Of a stretch of 64,000 bases of DNA, positions 60,515 through 64,000 are shown piece by piece (the stretch's first letter is position 1; each line of letters opens with the position of its first letter). A program made the position numbers and the translations under genes. The notes under the pieces were generated by a model. It made no database searches. It saw only the letters and a list, made by a program, of their open reading frames with translations, and was not told where the DNA came from. This stretch comes from Heterodontus francisci (taxonomy: Eukaryota). The stretch spans positions 66,768,862-66,832,861 of the forward strand of contig NC_090399.1 in the NCBI RefSeq assembly GCF_036365525.1, read 5' to 3'.

Positions 60515-63250
60515 ACTGCCTCTTCCTGCCTCCTCCCCCACCTACCTCCTCTTCCCCTTACTTCCCCCCTCCTCCTCCTCCTCGTCCTCCTACCTCCTCC
60601 TCTTACTGCCTCCTCGTCTACCTACCTCCTCTTCCCCTTCCTCCCCCACATCCTTCTCTACCACCACCTCCTCCCCCCCTGCCTCCTTGTCTACCTACCT
60701 CCTCTTCCCGTTCCTCCCCGCCACACCCTCCACCTCTTCTCCTCCTCCTCTCCTCCTCCTCTTCCAGCCTCCTCCTCCACTTCCTCCTCCTCATCCTGCC
60801 ACCTCCTCTTCCTGCCACCTTCTCCTCTTCCTTCCTGCCTCCTCCTCTTCCTTCCTTCTCCTCTTCTCCTCCTCCTTTTCTTACCATCTTATCTTCCTGC
60901 CTCCTCCTCGTCCTGCCTCCTCCATTTGTCCTCCTCCTCTTCCTGCCTCCTCCATTTCTCCTCCTCCTCTTCACCTCCACCTCTTTCTGCCTCCTCCTCC
61001 ACTTCCTGCCTCCTCCTCCTCTTCCTGACTCCTGTGGTTCTCCCCCTCCTCTTCCTAACTCCTCCAATTCCGACCTCCTCCTCGTCTTCTAGGATGCTAC
61101 CTCATCTTCCTGCCTCCTCCTCGCCTCCTCCACCTCCTGCCTCTTCCCCCTCTTCCTACCTCCTCTTTTTCCTACTCCTCTTTGCCTCCTCCACTTCCTG
61201 CCTCCTCCCATTTCTGCCTCATCCTCATCCCCTCCTCCTCCTTTTCCGGCCTCCTCCTCCTCTTCCTGCCTCCTCTACTCCTCCTCCTCTTCCTACCTCC
61301 TCATCTTCATGCCTCGTCTACCTGCCTCCACCTCTTCTTCCTCTTCCTCCTCTTTGCCTCCTCCACTTCCTGCCTCCTAATCCTCCTCTTCCTACCTCCT
61401 CCTCCTTCTGCCTCCACATCTTCGTCTCTTTCTCTTCCTGCCTCCTCCTCTTCATGCTTCCTCCTCATCCTGCCTCCTCCTCTTCCTGCCTGCTCCTTCT
61501 GCCTCCTCCTCCTTTTCCTACCTCCTCCTCTTGCTGCCTCTTCTTCTTCCTCCTCCTCCTCTTCCTACCTCCTCCTCTTGCTGCCTCTTCTTCTTCCTCC
61601 TCCTCTTCACCTCCTCCTCTTCCTGCCTCCTCTTATGCTCCTCCTCATCTCCTCCTCCTCCTCTTCCTTCCTCCTACTGCTCTTCTCTCCTCTTCCTGCC
61701 TCTTCTTCTCCCGACCTCCTCCTCTTCCTGCCGCCCCCTCTTTCCTCTTCCTTCCTCCTCCTCCTCTTCTTGCCTACTCCTCTTCTCCCCTACTCTTCCT
61801 GCCTCCTCCTCTTCCTGCCTCCTCCCCTTCTCCTCCTCCTCCTCTTCTCCTCCTCATTCCTCCTCTTCCTCTTATTCCTCCTCCTCTTCTCCTCCTCCTC
61901 TCCTCTTCTTGTTCCAACCTCCCCCTCATCCGGCCACCTCCTCTTCCTGCCTCCTGCTTTGTCCTCCTCCTCTTCCTGCCTCTCTTCCTCTCCTCCTTCT
62001 CCTGACCTCCTCCTCTTTATCCCCCTCCTCTTCCTGCCTCCTCCTCCTCCTCTTCTTGCCTCCTTCTCTTCTCCCTGCCTCCTCCTCTTCTCCTCTTCCT
62101 GCCTCGTCCTCCTCTTGACCAGCTCCTCTTCCTGCCTCTCCTCTCCTTCCTTCTCCTCTTCTTCACCTCTTTTCCTGACACCTCCTCTTCTTCTTCCTCC
62201 TCCTCCTCCTCTTATTCCTCCTCCTCTCCTCTTCTTCTTCCTGCCTCCCCCTCATCCGGCCTCCTCCTCTTCCTGCCTCCTGCTTTGTCCTCCTCCTCTT
62301 CCTTCCTCCTCCTATACCTCCTCCTCCTGCCTCCTCCTATACCTCCTCCTCCTCTTCCTGCCTCCTCCTCCTCTTCCTGCCTCCCCCTCATCCTGCCTCC
62401 TCTTCTCCTCCTCCTCTTCCTGCCTCCTCCTCCTCTTCTTTCCTGCCTCCTCTTCCTTCCTGCCTCATCTTCTTCCTGCCTCCTCCTCTTTTCCCTGCCT
62501 CCTCCTCTTCTCCCTGCCTCCTCCTCTTCTCCCTGCCTCCCCCTCCTCTTCCTGCACTCTGCACTTCCTGCCTCCTCCTCTTCCTGCCTCCTCCTCTTCC
62601 TGCCTCCTCATCTTTCTGCCTCATCTTCTCCTCCTCTTCTCCTCTTCCTGCCTCCGCCTCTTCTCCTCCTCCTCCTGCCTCGTCCTCTTCTGCTCCTCCT
62701 CATCTCCTCCTCCTCCTCCTCTCCTTCCTCCTCCTCTTCTTCCTCCCCCCTCCTCTTCTTCCCCCTCTTCCTGCCTACTCCACTTCCTGCCTCCTCCTCT
62801 TCTCCTCCTACCCTTCCTGTCTCCTGCTCTTCTTCCACCTCCTCTCACTGACTTCTCATCTTCTTCCTCCCCTCTTCCTGCCTGATCCTCTTCCACTTCC
62901 TCCCACTCTTCCTGCCTCCTCTTCATCCTCCGCCTCTTCCTGCCTCCTCCCCTTCCTGCCTCCTCCCCTTCTCCTCCTCCTCTTCTCCTCCTTCTCTTCT
63001 TGCCTCCTCCCCTTCCTGCCTCCTCCTCTTCTCCTCCACCTCTTCCTGTCTCATCTTCCTGCATCCTCCTCTTCCTTCCTCCTCCTCTTCCTCTCCTCCT
63101 ACTACCTCCCCCTCTTCTTCCCCCTCCTCCTTTTTGCCTCCTCCTCATCCTGTCTCCTCCTCTTCTCCTCCTCCTCTTCCTGCTTCCTCCTCCTTCGCTT
63201 CCTGCCTCCTCCTCTATTTCCTCCTCCTCCTCATCCTGCCTCCTCACCAT
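60515..63250. repeat. 2.7-kb pyrimidine-rich (CCT)n / CCTCTTCCTG low-complexity tract
   Basis: The top strand is almost entirely C/T, with recurring CCTCCTCTTCCTGCCT. Confidence 0.97.
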
Positions 63251-63254
63251 CCCC

Positions 63255-64000
63255 ACAATAACACCACTGTCTGCCCCTCACCCACTTTCAGTCCTGCTCC
63301 CTGCACTCACTTGCCGACTCTCAGCACCCCCACTCCCCACTCACTCACTCTCAGTTCCCCTCCCTCCCACTCTCAGTTCCCCCCACTCACCCACTCTCAG
63401 TTCCCCCATCCACTCACCGACTCTCAATCCTGCCCCCCGCCCTCAATTGCCAACTCTCAATACCTCCACTCCATACTCACTCACCTACTCTCAGTTCTGC
63501 CCCTCACTCACCCACTCTCATCCCCCCCGCCCACTCATCCACTCTCAGCCCTCTCCCTGCCCTCACCTGCCAACTCTCAGTACCCCCACTCACTCACTCA
63601 CTCTCAATCCTGCCCCCCCACCCTCACTTGCCGACTCTCAGTGCCCCCACTCACTCACCCACTCTCAGGCCTGCTCCCCGCCCTCACCTGCCGACTCTCA
63701 GTGCCATCACTCCCCACTCACTCACCCACTCTCAGTCCTGTCCCTCGCCCTCACTTGCCGACTCTCAGTACCCTCACTCACTCACCCACTCTCAGTCCCC
63801 CTGCCCACTCACCCACTTTCAGTCCTGCCCTCTCCGCCCTCACTCGCCGACTCTTAGTGCCCCCACTCACTCACCCACTCTCAATCCTGCCCCCCCACCC
63901 TCACTTGCCGACTCTCAGTGCCCCCACTCACTCACCCACTCTCAGTCCTGCTCCCCGCCCTCACCTGCCGACTCTCAGTGCCATCACACCCCACTCACTC
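63255..64000. repeat. C-rich minisatellite, ~60-bp unit, running off the 3' end of the window
   Basis: Unit CCCCACTCACTCACCCACTCTCA[A/G]TCCTGCCCCCCACCCTCACTTGCCGACTCTCAGTGC. Confidence 0.9.

Noticed and set aside
60452-63857. Long Leu/Pro/Ser or Glu/Arg/Gly ORFs
   Set aside because: They are translations of (CCT)n low-complexity DNA and the C-rich repeat.

Overview
This is vertebrate genomic DNA, most likely from a cartilaginous fish (shark), judged from its HE1/V-type and Deu-domain SINEs, CR1, Penelope and RTE retroelements, and the MHC tail sequence. The only host gene visible is the 3' half of an MHC class I heavy-chain gene on the + strand: TM exon 28135-28239, cytoplasmic exons 44665-44697 and 44972-45019, and a non-coding last exon from 45688 with AATAAA at 46413. 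The first 28 kb is a 47/51-bp satellite with kilobase-scale higher-order duplications, ending about 115 bp before the TM exon. The 16.4-kb intron after the TM exon holds a G-rich 72-bp minisatellite and one old CR1 LINE split by a nested stack of younger insertions (RTE, two Penelope elements with hammerhead-like 3' motifs, CR1s, a SINE, a Tx1/L1), several with readable target-site duplications (TSDs). Downstream lie LTR and LINE relics, a CR1 inserted into an antisense CR1 to form a precise palindromic junction, an ERV-like relic with a tRNA-Ser primer-binding site, a Harbinger-like fragment, a Deu-SINE, a 2.7-kb pyrimidine tract and a C-rich minisatellite. Most ORF-track entries are repeat artefacts. 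All calls are by eye, with no database searches.
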